Below, piece by piece: positions 8,953 through 18,493 of a stretch of 64,000 bases of DNA. The position numbers and the translations under genes are program-made. The stretch comes from Pseudomonadota bacterium (lineage in GTDB: Bacteria; Myxococcota_A; Polyangia; JAAYKL01). The number at the start of each line of letters is the position of its first letter. The stretch's first letter is position 1. The notes under the pieces were generated by a model that did no database searches, was not told the DNA's origin, and saw only the letters and a program-made list of their open reading frames with translations. The stretch spans positions 190,343-254,342 of the forward strand of contig JALNZK010000002.1 of assembly GCA_023229365.1 (NCBI GenBank), given 5' to 3'.

Positions 8953-10247
8953 TTCACTACTTTCAACTGATTGAGATTTCTACCTCTATAGGCTTTAACC
9001 CGCAATCTTAAACCAGGATACAACCCATCCTCTTCCTCTAAAATGTCTTTACACAAATTTAAAACATTTATTTCTTGCCCCACATTTGGAATTATATAAT
9101 ATCCATCGTGAACATGAAAGCTAATTCTTGCAATTCCCTGAATAATTTTATGTAATTTCACCAATTTGTGTAAACAAATAACAGATGCTGGGGCCTGGAT
9201 GTGGAAGTTTCTTAGTTGTGTGCGATAATATTCTTCTTCAAATAAACGATTTCGCCCATAGTAATCAATTGCCCTATTATCTTTTACGTCCTTGTTGTTC
9301 AACCAGCCCATAGCTATGGGAAACTTTTTATAAATTCGACTAATAATGGTTTTTGCCGTTTCCTCAGCTACATCATTTTTCTTGGCTAAAGTAGCCGCAC
9401 CCATGCCAAATGCCACAGGCAAAAAGAACCCTTTGCACACCTTTCGCCGTGATGGAGAACATTCGAGCCCGGTTATGGTTTCCCAAATAGACTCATACAC
9501 ATCTCGACTACGATTTAAGATATTGCCTAACAAAGTGTCTTTGGATAGCCATTGCAACACGGAAACTTCCATATTTTTGAAGTCGAAATACAAAAAATCC
9601 TTGCTATCGAAATCAGGAGTGGTTAAAAATTGCTTCTCAGATTCTTCAAGGGTATGTGGATTGAAGGACTTATTAAAAGCATCCCTGCACTTCATTCGAC
9701 CATTCTTCTGCCCCTCAATCTCATAATAGGGATGTAAAATAGCCTTTTGATCGGTATGTGCCAATCCCAAGGTTTCAATCCGAGGAAGAACCTCTCGAAT
9801 CAATGGAGTATATATGGTTTTATATATGGTTTTTGTCTGCTCCCAACTAGAATTACCAACAACCCTTGCCAATCGCCCTTTGGCTTGATTAAAACTACCA
9901 GGACAGGGCTCAGAATGCCCCAGGAATGCCTCAATTAGCTTTAAATCAACGATTGATGCCGATATGCTCAATTCCTTGCCCGTAATTGCTAAAATAAAAC
10001 TAAACAAATTCTTGGCATTCCAGGCAATCAACACCTTGGACTGATCTAAATAATACTTTAGCTCGCCAATAATATTAATAAGTTCCGCTGGCTTATGGCT
10101 TAAAGGAATATCCATCCTTTTATTCGGAGCCATAATTACAAGGGTAGCGGGTGCCTTTGGATTGGTAAAATCCAATACTTCGGGAGAAGTGGCAACAAAA
10201 AGGGTTTGACCAACAAGAGACTCTAGAGTTTCTGCCAATTCCGACAT
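8949..10247 (-). CDS. family A (PolA-like) DNA polymerase, polymerase domain only
   Basis: Motif A DFKNMEVSVLQWLS (compare DYSQIELR), motif B RRKVCKGFFLPVAFGMGAATLA (compare RRxAKxxNFGxxYG), motif C ISFHVHDGYYI (compare VHDE), in the correct order. At 432 aa it has no convincing 3'-5' exonuclease motifs. Confidence 0.65.
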   Translation of the reverse strand: MSELAETLESLVGQTLFVATSPEVLDFTNPKAPATLVIMAPNKRMDIPLSHKPAELINIIGELKYYLDQSKVLIAWNAKNLFSFILAITGKELSISASIVDLKLIEAFLGHSEPCPGSFNQAKGRLARVVGNSSWEQTKTIYKTIYTPLIREVLPRIETLGLAHTDQKAILHPYYEIEGQKNGRMKCRDAFNKSFNPHTLEESEKQFLTTPDFDSKDFLYFDFKNMEVSVLQWLSKDTLLGNILNRSRDVYESIWETITGLECSPSRRKVCKGFFLPVAFGMGAATLAKKNDVAEETAKTIISRIYKKFPIAMGWLNNKDVKDNRAIDYYGRNRLFEEEYYRTQLRNFHIQAPASVICLHKLVKLHKIIQGIARISFHVHDGYYIIPNVGQEINVLNLCKDILEEEDGLYPGLRLRVKAYRGRNLNQLKVVK

Positions 10248-10280
10248 AAGATAAAGTATACCAAAAGGAAGGTAAAAAAG

Positions 10281-11936
10281 CTAATCCTCAAAATCACCAA
10301 ACTTTGTGCCAAACTTCTCGCCATGTTTTTTGAAAAACTCTTCCCTTTGTTTGATATTATCGAGAACCCTCTTTAATTCTTCCCCATAATACTTTTGATT
10401 TAATAAATCCAACCAATCCTTTTCCTCTATGAATTTTAAGGTCTCTTGGGGTTTGGCCTTATAACATCTACTCAGAAAGTGATGTAAATTCTCGGCGGCG
10501 GGCTCTTTATACATCATTTCCAACATTTTTTCTGGCTGTTTTTCTGTTTTCCCGTAATTACCATCATAACAATCAAAGACTTTGCGACGATTGTCGTTGT
10601 CGGGAGCATCCTCATATAATTTAAGTACGTCGTTCCAACCCTTCTGTCCAGCCAAATAAATAAATTTTTCTTTTACCAAGTAATAAGGATCAAAACTTCC
10701 TTTGGCTGTGGGGTGGAAAATTTTGGACAACTTCTCCGCAATCATTTTTACAGTTGGCTCTAATTCCTTATTGGTATAGCCACCTGCCTTCCATTTCGCT
10801 TCCGCTTCTTCATAACCTGGATCGTTGTATCTGGTTTTGCGAAATTCCCTATATCGAGTGTAGAATCTATCGAACAAAACTTCAGTATTGCGAAGTTTTA
10901 AAATAGGCTCCTTGGCGGTCAACACCATGTTGATTGTGGCATGTAAATCATTGAAATCCTCTCCCTCCACCTCAGTTCCATCTTTTTCCCAATCCTGTAG
11001 CCCACCATTCACAAATGAATTAAACAACTTTGGATCAAGTTCTCCTGTAAGTGCTTTTTTCGGAACCTTGAAATGAAAGGTGTTTTTTAGGGTGTTAGCG
11101 TCAGCCACCATCATTTCTTCTGGGGTCATGCTCTTATGCCCGCCACGGTTCGACATTGTATCAGAGATATTATACCAACCACCTTGTGGACCATTGGGAC
11201 CAAAATTAGTGGGGACTGTTCCTAAAAGCAAATAAGCAACGTCAGAGGGATTGTAGATATGCCCCTTCTTCCAATTATCCATCACATAATCAACCCGCTC
11301 TTTTTCGTGCTCCCCAGTCAAAACTTTTAGATCACTTTGACGAATTGGGGCTCCTCCAGCACCGATACTAATAACAGGGTCTTCATCATCTTGACCTCCT
11401 TGCTGTGCCCCATAGGAAGAGAGAGGATTGGGTTTAATGGGGTCTACATAAATTCTGGATTTATCGTGGTCAACGTAGGTAACTTTCCAATAGGGTGTCA
11501 TATTTAAAGCATGATCGCCTACCTTGTCGCCTATTTGGACATCTTCTAAATTGTTGATAGAACCAGGGTCATCTGCCCAATCATAATAATAACCCTCGAT
11601 GTTGTCTTGCTTCACATTCCCAAACTTAAGTTGCCAAATACCATAGTGGGCTTTAATTTGTTGTCCTAATACCATTTTCCCAATATAAACCCGGCCTCTT
11701 TGTTGATCTATTCTTTCCACCTGAAATCGACCATCTGGACGTTCGATAGGGGTTTTTATTTTAATTTTGGCCAGTTCATCAATCGCACCACCAGCTTGTT
11801 GAAAATCGATGTAGTAATCCCCATTCTCATCGTTTTGGATTTGTCCCCATTTCAACAAGAGGAAAGAAGGCCAAGGTCTTTTTCTTTGAGCCTCATTCAA
11901 CAACAATAAATTAAAATCAAAAAAGTTCACAAACAT
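10281..11936 (-). CDS. hypothetical large protein (not the pol exonuclease domain)
   Basis: 551 aa. No Exo I/II/III motifs found, Gly/Asp-rich central region. Confidence 0.4.
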   Translation of the reverse strand: MFVNFFDFNLLLLNEAQRKRPWPSFLLLKWGQIQNDENGDYYIDFQQAGGAIDELAKIKIKTPIERPDGRFQVERIDQQRGRVYIGKMVLGQQIKAHYGIWQLKFGNVKQDNIEGYYYDWADDPGSINNLEDVQIGDKVGDHALNMTPYWKVTYVDHDKSRIYVDPIKPNPLSSYGAQQGGQDDEDPVISIGAGGAPIRQSDLKVLTGEHEKERVDYVMDNWKKGHIYNPSDVAYLLLGTVPTNFGPNGPQGGWYNISDTMSNRGGHKSMTPEEMMVADANTLKNTFHFKVPKKALTGELDPKLFNSFVNGGLQDWEKDGTEVEGEDFNDLHATINMVLTAKEPILKLRNTEVLFDRFYTRYREFRKTRYNDPGYEEAEAKWKAGGYTNKELEPTVKMIAEKLSKIFHPTAKGSFDPYYLVKEKFIYLAGQKGWNDVLKLYEDAPDNDNRRKVFDCYDGNYGKTEKQPEKMLEMMYKEPAAENLHHFLSRCYKAKPQETLKFIEEKDWLDLLNQKYYGEELKRVLDNIKQREEFFKKHGEKFGTKFGDFED

Positions 11937-11939
11937 ATG

Positions 11940-12460
11940 TAGCCAAAAAGCCTTTCATTTTTATTGTTGTTTATTTGTTTTATTATATATTATGGCTTTC
12001 CCTTTAGGGGGAAATAAGTACTTAAGTAACTTACTAGACCCTAAAAGTTTTTATACTTGTGGCTAAACGTAACAGAGTCACCTTTGGCACCCCTTTTCAG
12101 GGGTAAAGCCTTATGGGTTCAGGCTGCCTTTAACGGTTCTCTCGCTTTTCACGTTTTCCCCGCCCCTATTCATAAGCTTAGGGGCAAGCGTGACCGGCAA
12201 TAGGCAGACTTTTGACCTGCCTATCGTATACCACTTCTGGTATAGACGTAAATACCCAGCCATTTAACATGCATCCCAATTTCTGTAGGAATGCAAGGAC
12301 GGATCAATACCGCCCCGTTGCCCGGTAGAGATTTACGTTTAGGTCCACAAATATTTTTCTGTTTAAATTGTAGTTCTTTCACGGGGTGACCGTGAATTGG
12401 TTATAATATAGTTTATCGCTTTTCAGGAGTCAACTAGATTTTTCTATTTCATGTTTTTTA
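11940..12460. other. 520-bp non-coding, relatively GC-rich, hairpin-dense region between divergent genes; candidate structured RNA or divergent promoter region
   Basis: No ORF over 60 aa on either strand. Hairpins: ataggcag...ctgcctat, tcacgg-ggtga-ccgtga, acccc-ttttca-ggggt. Confidence 0.3.
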
Positions 12461-12463
12461 TGA

Positions 12464-13156
12464 ATGGTATATAATACTGCCATGAACAACTCCCGTCTAG
12501 AAGCTGTGTTAAAATACAAGATGACAAAACTCGAAGCATTGGCATTTCGGGTAGCATTGTTATGGGAGGAAGTTTCCCAAAAGGAATTTCCCAATGAACA
12601 TTTTGTAAAATTGCGAATAAAAGGTGATCCTCGTAAGTCACTATTGTTTAAATATTGTTACACACTGGTCCGACAAACGCAAGGTCTTTTACAGCCCAAG
12701 GAGTATCGATTTTACATCCTGGCACAACTTCAATTAATGGCAAAAATGGGGAATGGCGAAGTTCACGCTCTGCTGGAGCCCTGTATTTTGGTTGGACCAA
12801 AAGCATGGATACGTTGGACTTGGTGGAAAAGTAAATATGAAAAAAATATGAGGCTATTAACCACCAATACAGAGGATTTGAAACTAACTCCGCAAATAGA
12901 AAATATTCAAAGGGATTTATTAAAAACCAAGAAATTTTTGGGCGATCCTTCAAAAGAGCAAGTACAACAATGGTTGGAAGAAAAAAAATTGCAAGAATGG
13001 ATAACCACCAGTAAAATATCGCCTTATTACATATTGCTACACCCTTTGGTGATTGAGTGCTTATCTGGACAGTCGATCAATCAAGTGTTTGAAAGAGATT
13101 TGAGCATTTATAAAATTTCTGATGAAATAAAATCATTATTCTACACTATATTTTAG
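12464..13156 (+). CDS. hypothetical protein (plus-strand)
   Basis: 230 aa ORF diverging from the pol operon. Confidence 0.4.
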   Translation: MVYNTAMNNSRLEAVLKYKMTKLEALAFRVALLWEEVSQKEFPNEHFVKLRIKGDPRKSLLFKYCYTLVRQTQGLLQPKEYRFYILAQLQLMAKMGNGEVHALLEPCILVGPKAWIRWTWWKSKYEKNMRLLTTNTEDLKLTPQIENIQRDLLKTKKFLGDPSKEQVQQWLEEKKLQEWITTSKISPYYILLHPLVIECLSGQSINQVFERDLSIYKISDEIKSLFYTIF

Positions 13157-13331
13157 ACATATGATAAACATAATCCTCCCAGAAACCGTGGCGGGTTTTG
13201 CCCGCCCTATATGCCCACATTGTGATAAAGAATATGATTTAGAGATTGTTGATAAAGGCCCCACTAAATGCATTGAATGTAGTAGATGGTTTAAGGTGTC
13301 GTCTAAAACCATTTACCAGTCCAGAGAAATT

Positions 13332-13895
13332 TTAGAATAATTTTCTTTGAGGCGGTTCGTCTGGCCATAAAGCAAACTTTTTTTGCCAAGGCTTGAATCT
13401 TAATGTTCCAATTGGCTCGGGTGCTGGTATTTCTATTGGTTTTGGTGGTATTTCTATTGGTTTTGGTGGTATTTCTATTGGTTTTGGTGGTATTTCTATT
13501 GGTTTTGGTGGCACAACGATTGGTGCTGGTTTTTCTATTGGCTTTGGTACTTCGACTGGTTCTTCCGGCTTTTCTGGCTTAAAGCCCTCTTCATCACTCA
13601 GTCTAATTCCCCCTCTTATTCTGCTTCTTTCTAATTGAGCACCAATAAGAGACAATACTTCTTCTATACTGTCATCTTCCGCTTTTTTAAGTCTTTTTAA
13701 TACTTTAGATTTAAATTCATCATAATCAAAACTATATTGATGTTTTTCATACCATCTTTCTATTGCTCTGACTGCAACTGGACCTAATTTAGAAAACTCT
13801 ATATCGCCATCGATAAAATTTAAGTATAGTTCTTCTGCTCGGGACAGAGCACTTTCAGAAATTATCCATTCTTTGAAATTCATTTTTAATACCAA
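13332..13895 (-). CDS. hypothetical protein with PKPIEIP tandem repeats
   Basis: C-terminal (PKPIEIP)x4 is encoded by a 21-bp DNA repeat. Confidence 0.45.
   Translation of the reverse strand: MVLKMNFKEWIISESALSRAEELYLNFIDGDIEFSKLGPVAVRAIERWYEKHQYSFDYDEFKSKVLKRLKKAEDDSIEEVLSLIGAQLERSRIRGGIRLSDEEGFKPEKPEEPVEVPKPIEKPAPIVVPPKPIEIPPKPIEIPPKPIEIPPKPIEIPAPEPIGTLRFKPWQKKFALWPDEPPQRKLF
13426..13509. repeat. 21-bp tandem repeat x4 (ggtatttctattggttttggt)
   Basis: Perfect copies read directly from the sequence, in-frame within CDS 13332..13895. Confidence 0.85.
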
Positions 13896-14662
13896 TACAT
13901 CCAGTTAGAAATGCATTCAACAACTTCCTCCATCGGCTGGCTTGGGAAGAAATATAACTCTAAATCCTGTTGTGATTGTTGCCATTCACGCCCTTTTTGC
14001 GGAGAATAAATATTAAAATTACTTAATTTAATGACGCCGTGATCTTTGTTATAATTTAGCCTTGTATGATTTTCTTCTATGCGTCTTTGTTGTCTCCACC
14101 CTTGTCCCATTCCTCGAACTGAAAAACGGATGATATATTCATCTTCATCATTTTTTCTAGTTCCTTCGAAAATAAACAATGAATTGGATGTCTTTTTTAA
14201 CATATTACTCATAGAGGCTGCTAATTCTTCTAAATCTTTATAGTCATGATTGGCTGAATCAAGTGGTTCCATATCAACTTGTTTGATAACTTCCATAATT
14301 TCTTGAGATACTGATTCTTCTTGACCGCCTGAGCCATCTTGAGGAATTTGATAAAACCTTTTACAACCCCATCGTTTCATGCCTTGTAAGTCTATATTGA
14401 GCCTTTCGACCATAACACAAAGCTTGTTTCCAATTCTTACCCTTATGGCTCCTGGGTCTTGTCCCCATTGAATTTCATTGATAAATCTGATATTGGGTTC
14501 TTTGACTCCCAAAGGATATTGTCCAAGACTGGTCATCAATCGAGTAAGACTAAATTCTTTGACTGGTTTTTCAAGTTTTTCTGGCTTAGGATCAGCATAG
14601 AGTTCTCTTTCAAACCCAAAAATATCTTTTGATTCAATCCAGCATTTAAAGGTATTTTTCAT
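13886..14662 (-). CDS. hypothetical protein
   Basis: 258 aa ORF. Confidence 0.4.
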   Translation of the reverse strand: MKNTFKCWIESKDIFGFERELYADPKPEKLEKPVKEFSLTRLMTSLGQYPLGVKEPNIRFINEIQWGQDPGAIRVRIGNKLCVMVERLNIDLQGMKRWGCKRFYQIPQDGSGGQEESVSQEIMEVIKQVDMEPLDSANHDYKDLEELAASMSNMLKKTSNSLFIFEGTRKNDEDEYIIRFSVRGMGQGWRQQRRIEENHTRLNYNKDHGVIKLSNFNIYSPQKGREWQQSQQDLELYFFPSQPMEEVVECISNWMYWY

Positions 14663-14898
14663 TCGGCGGCTCTCACAACTTTCTCTTTTACCATATTGTC
14701 AAAATCATCAACATAAACTTGATAAATTCTATCTGTGCGTTTGTTTTTCAAATTGTAAGAATCTCTATCTTCTGAAGGCATTACAAGATATGTTCCTTTG
14801 GGCAAGGAAATAGCTCCCCTGGCACCCGCAGGTATATTTTGAAGCACAAACACCCAATTACCCGGTTCTGGGTAAGTAAGCCATTCACGAAATGTCAT
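14659..14898 (-). CDS. hypothetical small protein
   Basis: 79 aa ORF, start/stop coupled. Confidence 0.3.
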   Translation of the reverse strand: MTFREWLTYPEPGNWVFVLQNIPAGARGAISLPKGTYLVMPSEDRDSYNLKNKRTDRIYQVYVDDFDNMVKEKVVRAAE

Positions 14899-14910
14899 AA
14901 GAATATATAG

Positions 14911-15237
14911 CTATGCAGGACCACTTTCTTCTTCCCGATAACTATCAGAATCTTCGTGATGTGTGGATATTTCTAATATTTTAGAATCTTCCAAGCCTGT
15001 AAAACGATGTTTTTGGTGCGGCTCGATTGTCTGTATGTCCATAGGCCCCATCGTTCTTATCTGTCCATCTACCTCCATTAGGACTTTGCCATCCATAATT
15101 ATAAAAGTTTCATCCTTGATATGATGACAATGTAGAGAACATTTAAACCCCTTTTTAAGATTGAGAAATTTACCACAATATTCTCTGTTTACCAACCACA
15201 CTTCGTTTCCCCATACTTTTTCTACTAATTTAATCAT
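14911..15237 (-). CDS. cupin-fold small protein
   Basis: SLHCHHIKDETFIIMDGKV resembles cupin motif 1 (HxH...E). Confidence 0.35.
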   Translation of the reverse strand: MIKLVEKVWGNEVWLVNREYCGKFLNLKKGFKCSLHCHHIKDETFIIMDGKVLMEVDGQIRTMGPMDIQTIEPHQKHRFTGLEDSKILEISTHHEDSDSYREEESGPA

Positions 15238-15260
15238 AATTTACCTCTATATAATAAAGT

Positions 15261-15566
15261 ATGAAATTCTCTATTTGGTTAGAATCGCAGTTTAACGACG
15301 ATATAGAAAAAGCTTTACTTAATTTAAAGTATACTGCACCTGATCTAGATATGAGCAGATTTGATGATTTAATTTCTGATCTAAATGACAGGGGTTTAAT
15401 TCCTGCTGGTGTCAATCCTGCACGCTTTGCAGCGGCTTTGAAATCACGCATAAAAAACCCACCTCTGGACAAAATAGATAAAACTGGGGAACGTATCCCG
15501 CCAGAACATCGAGATGCTGTAGAGCTATCACTAAGAAAATATTGGGGAGCATATAAAAAAAGATGA
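15261..15566 (+). CDS. hypothetical protein, paralog 1 of tandem pair (MKFSIWLE...)
   Basis: Shares the N-terminus MKFSIWLE with the next ORF. Confidence 0.35.
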   Translation: MKFSIWLESQFNDDIEKALLNLKYTAPDLDMSRFDDLISDLNDRGLIPAGVNPARFAAALKSRIKNPPLDKIDKTGERIPPEHRDAVELSLRKYWGAYKKR

Positions 15567-15844
15567 AATTTTCCATTTGGCTTGAAACACGTAGTATAGA
15601 AAATCTCAAAAAAACCATATTGGTTTCTTTATTTCCCACCCTCGATAGCCATCAGCAGGAAGATAATTTGGTACTAACTATGGATACTTTAGACCAAGAC
15701 CTGATTGATAGCATGTTGGATAATGGAAATGTCAAAGAGTATCTTGGCGAACGTAATCCACACCAATTCTTACAATCTAAAAAAGGGATCACTGTTCAGC
15801 AATTTGTTGATTGGTTGGCAAGTGGTCAAGCTGCTACTGTTTAA
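15563..15844 (+). CDS. hypothetical protein, paralog 2 of tandem pair (MKFSIWLE...)
   Basis: Overlaps the previous stop, same N-terminal octapeptide. Confidence 0.35.
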   Translation: MKFSIWLETRSIENLKKTILVSLFPTLDSHQQEDNLVLTMDTLDQDLIDSMLDNGNVKEYLGERNPHQFLQSKKGITVQQFVDWLASGQAATV

Positions 15845-16027
15845 TTTTATCAATAAGCCGCATGATTTGTGCCGCAATCCAAATAGGGATTATAATAATA
15901 AACGCAAATATAAGCCCAACAAGACCGCAGGCCAAGTATAACCAAGTGTGCCAGTCAAACCAATTCATTTTAGGGTCTGCCATGTAAATATATATTGCAT
16001 TGCTTGTCATAATAAGCTACAATAAAA

Positions 16028-17482
16028 TTGATGAATCAATTAGTTTTAGAAAATCATTATTCCCGTTTAATAACACAAGACGACCACCTAAATCTACTTC
16101 TTTGGTCAAAACTAAGATTTAGGGATCGTGACTATTTTCATAGTCGTTTGTATAAACAAAAGAAGTGGGATGGTTTTCATAATTTTTATTCTAAAGAGAC
16201 CGGCAAATTCCTGACAGGCATTCTGCCAGAGATACTGTTGGTTATGAATAAATTGAAAGTCAAATATGAAATCATTGATAATCGTAAGATGATTCAATGG
16301 CGAGTGCCCACAATCAATGACCAGTTTCTTAACTATTGGCTCACCGAATACAACGCCAGTGTCACCACAGAGGAACAACAAAAAGATTATACTTTGCGGG
16401 ACTTTCAACCAGATGTAGTAAATGGAGTGTTGAAGCATTTTAGGGGATTAGTGGTTGCTCCTACTGGCACCGGCAAAACAGCCATCTTGATCTCATTAGT
16501 TAAATGTCTACCCAAACATTGTCCAACTTTAATTTTGTCAAATCGACGGGGCTTATCTGACCAACACTATTCGGACTTAAAGAACTGGGGTGTGCCTGAT
16601 ATTGGTAGACTATATGACAAATATAAAGACCCTAATTTTATTACCTGTGCTACTTGGCAATCAGCGGGCAAATTAGGCAAGTTGTTACCCCAAATTAAAG
16701 TTTTGCTTGTTGATGAAATTCACGAAATGATGACGGCAGGCACCCGTAAAATCTACAATAAATTAACAGGATGTAGTGTCCGGGTTGGTATATCTGGAAC
16801 GCCTTTTAAATACGATGGTAAAGACTCCAAACAGAAATGGCTTACCAAAGGATACTTTGGGCCTCCCATTCAAATAGCTTCTGCCAAAGACGGAAAACTT
16901 ACGGTCAAAGAAGCTCAACAAAAGGGTATGCTTGTATCATGCAAAGCGGTTTTTTGGCCCATTCGAGAGCCGATGTTGCCTTATGATATTTACCTCGATG
17001 CCGTCACCAGAGGCATTGCTGAAAATTATGATTTTCATCATATTATTGAGAGATTGGTAAAAACTCTCAAAGGCAGGACGTTGATCCTGGTAGAAAGATT
17101 GGCTCATGGAGATATATTAAACAACATAATTCCAGGCTCTTTGTGGGTGCAAGGCAAAGACAATCTAGAAACTCGTAAACACGTAATTCGTGAATTGATG
17201 TTTGCAAAGGAATGTGTGGCGATTGCCACAAGTGGTATATTTTCAGCCGGTATCAATGTTTTTTGTCACAATTTTTTGAATGCCCAAGGAGGACAAGCAG
17301 ATCATCAAATTATTCAGAGAATAGGAAGAGGATTGCGTCCTGCTGACGATAAGGATGTATTATATTACCATGACTTCTATTTTCACATAAATGAATATCT
17401 TGAAGATCATTCTAAAAAAAGAATTAAAATTCTAAAAAAACAAGGGCACGAAGTAATTATAAAAGATTCTATAGATTTTTGA
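16028..17482 (+). CDS. SF2 (DEAH-like) helicase, UvsW-like candidate
   Basis: Walker A APTGTGKT, motif II LLVDEIHE, motif V ATSGIFSAGINV, motif VI QRIGRGLRP. Confidence 0.6.
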   Translation: MMNQLVLENHYSRLITQDDHLNLLLWSKLRFRDRDYFHSRLYKQKKWDGFHNFYSKETGKFLTGILPEILLVMNKLKVKYEIIDNRKMIQWRVPTINDQFLNYWLTEYNASVTTEEQQKDYTLRDFQPDVVNGVLKHFRGLVVAPTGTGKTAILISLVKCLPKHCPTLILSNRRGLSDQHYSDLKNWGVPDIGRLYDKYKDPNFITCATWQSAGKLGKLLPQIKVLLVDEIHEMMTAGTRKIYNKLTGCSVRVGISGTPFKYDGKDSKQKWLTKGYFGPPIQIASAKDGKLTVKEAQQKGMLVSCKAVFWPIREPMLPYDIYLDAVTRGIAENYDFHHIIERLVKTLKGRTLILVERLAHGDILNNIIPGSLWVQGKDNLETRKHVIRELMFAKECVAIATSGIFSAGINVFCHNFLNAQGGQADHQIIQRIGRGLRPADDKDVLYYHDFYFHINEYLEDHSKKRIKILKKQGHEVIIKDSIDF

Positions 17483-17504
17483 TAACACAAGCATAAATAT
17501 ATGT

Positions 17505-18203
17505 ATGAACTCAACAGAAATACATAATCAAAAAATTACAAAGATTTGTCCCCAGTGTGGAAAGACATACAAGGTCCGCAGACCAAGTGAAATGTCTATC
17601 CGAATTTTTTGCTCAAAGCAATGTGCCCATGATTCTACTAAAAAAGAAAAAACAATTGTTAGATGTGAAATTTGCGACAAAGAAATTGAGGTTTTGCCAT
17701 GTTTGTTAGAACAAACAAAATATTGTTCAAAAAAATGTAAATGGATTGGAACCAGAAAAATAAGAGACGGTCTTAGTCGTCAATGCAATCAATGTAAAGA
17801 AACGAAACCTTTAGATTGTTTCGGCAGCACAGAATATAGCAGAAAGCATGAATATATTTGTAAAATTTGCAGAGCAAAATTGAGCCACGCCAGAATGCGA
17901 ACAACAAAAGGACAATTTGCTGCCTGTAAACATATTGCTAAACGAAGAAAATTAGAATGGAACATAAGCGAAGAAGAATACACAGAATTACGCAAGATGA
18001 AGTGCCACTATTGTTATGAGTCGTTAAATGAAACAGGAACTGGTCTCGACCGCAAGGACAACAGCAAAGGCTATATATTAGACAATGTGGTGCCTTGCTG
18101 TTGTCATTGCAACAGAACCAGAAGCGACCATTTTACATATGAAGAAATGCTTCGATTAGCAGTGTTGATAAGAGAAATAAAAAGAGATAGGTTAAATGCG
18201 TAA
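17505..18203 (+). CDS. HNH homing-type endonuclease with N-terminal zinc-ribbon repeats
   Basis: C-terminal LDRKDNSKGYILDNVVPCCCHCNRTRSD (HNH). Three CxxC...YCSKKC modules at the N-terminus. Confidence 0.55.
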   Translation: MNSTEIHNQKITKICPQCGKTYKVRRPSEMSIRIFCSKQCAHDSTKKEKTIVRCEICDKEIEVLPCLLEQTKYCSKKCKWIGTRKIRDGLSRQCNQCKETKPLDCFGSTEYSRKHEYICKICRAKLSHARMRTTKGQFAACKHIAKRRKLEWNISEEEYTELRKMKCHYCYESLNETGTGLDRKDNSKGYILDNVVPCCCHCNRTRSDHFTYEEMLRLAVLIREIKRDRLNA

Positions 18204-18232
18204 ACTTCACAGGCCAACCGGGGATGGCTCGA

Positions 18233-18469
18233 TCACTCAGAATCAAGTGAAATTTGACCCAAGCCATATGTGGGAGGGTCTTTTAACGAAATCATCTCCA
18301 CTCTTGTTTCTGAATTAGGTCGAGTAGGCAATACCATCACCTCATAACCATCATCTTGCAATTTTTTAAACAAATCGCCATGATCTTTTTTTGTTTTATC
18401 AACAAAAGCTTCAGCTTGAGTGGGTGCCAAGGTTCCGATATCCAGATAAATAACAAATAAACCGTTCAT
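18233..18469 (-). CDS. hypothetical small protein
   Basis: 78 aa ORF. Confidence 0.3.
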   Translation of the reverse strand: MNGLFVIYLDIGTLAPTQAEAFVDKTKKDHGDLFKKLQDDGYEVMVLPTRPNSETRVEMISLKDPPTYGLGQISLDSE

Positions 18470-18493
18470 ATAATCTCCTTTTTAATAAAGGAG

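Noticed and set aside
10281-11936. The 551-aa ORF upstream of the polymerase as the missing 3'-5' exonuclease/N-terminal domain of a split PolA
   Set aside because: No Exo I (DxE), Exo II or Exo III (YxxxD) motifs could be found by eye. Left as hypothetical.
11940-12460. tmRNA or RNase P RNA in the long intergenic region
   Set aside because: No tRNA-like acceptor/T-arm ends, and no recognisable P4 or resume-codon features.
13426-13509. CRISPR array (regularly spaced repeats)
   Set aside because: The repeats are contiguous 21-bp tandem copies without spacers and are in-frame coding for PKPIEIP. The same applies to the 63350-63545 and 19730-19870 repeats.
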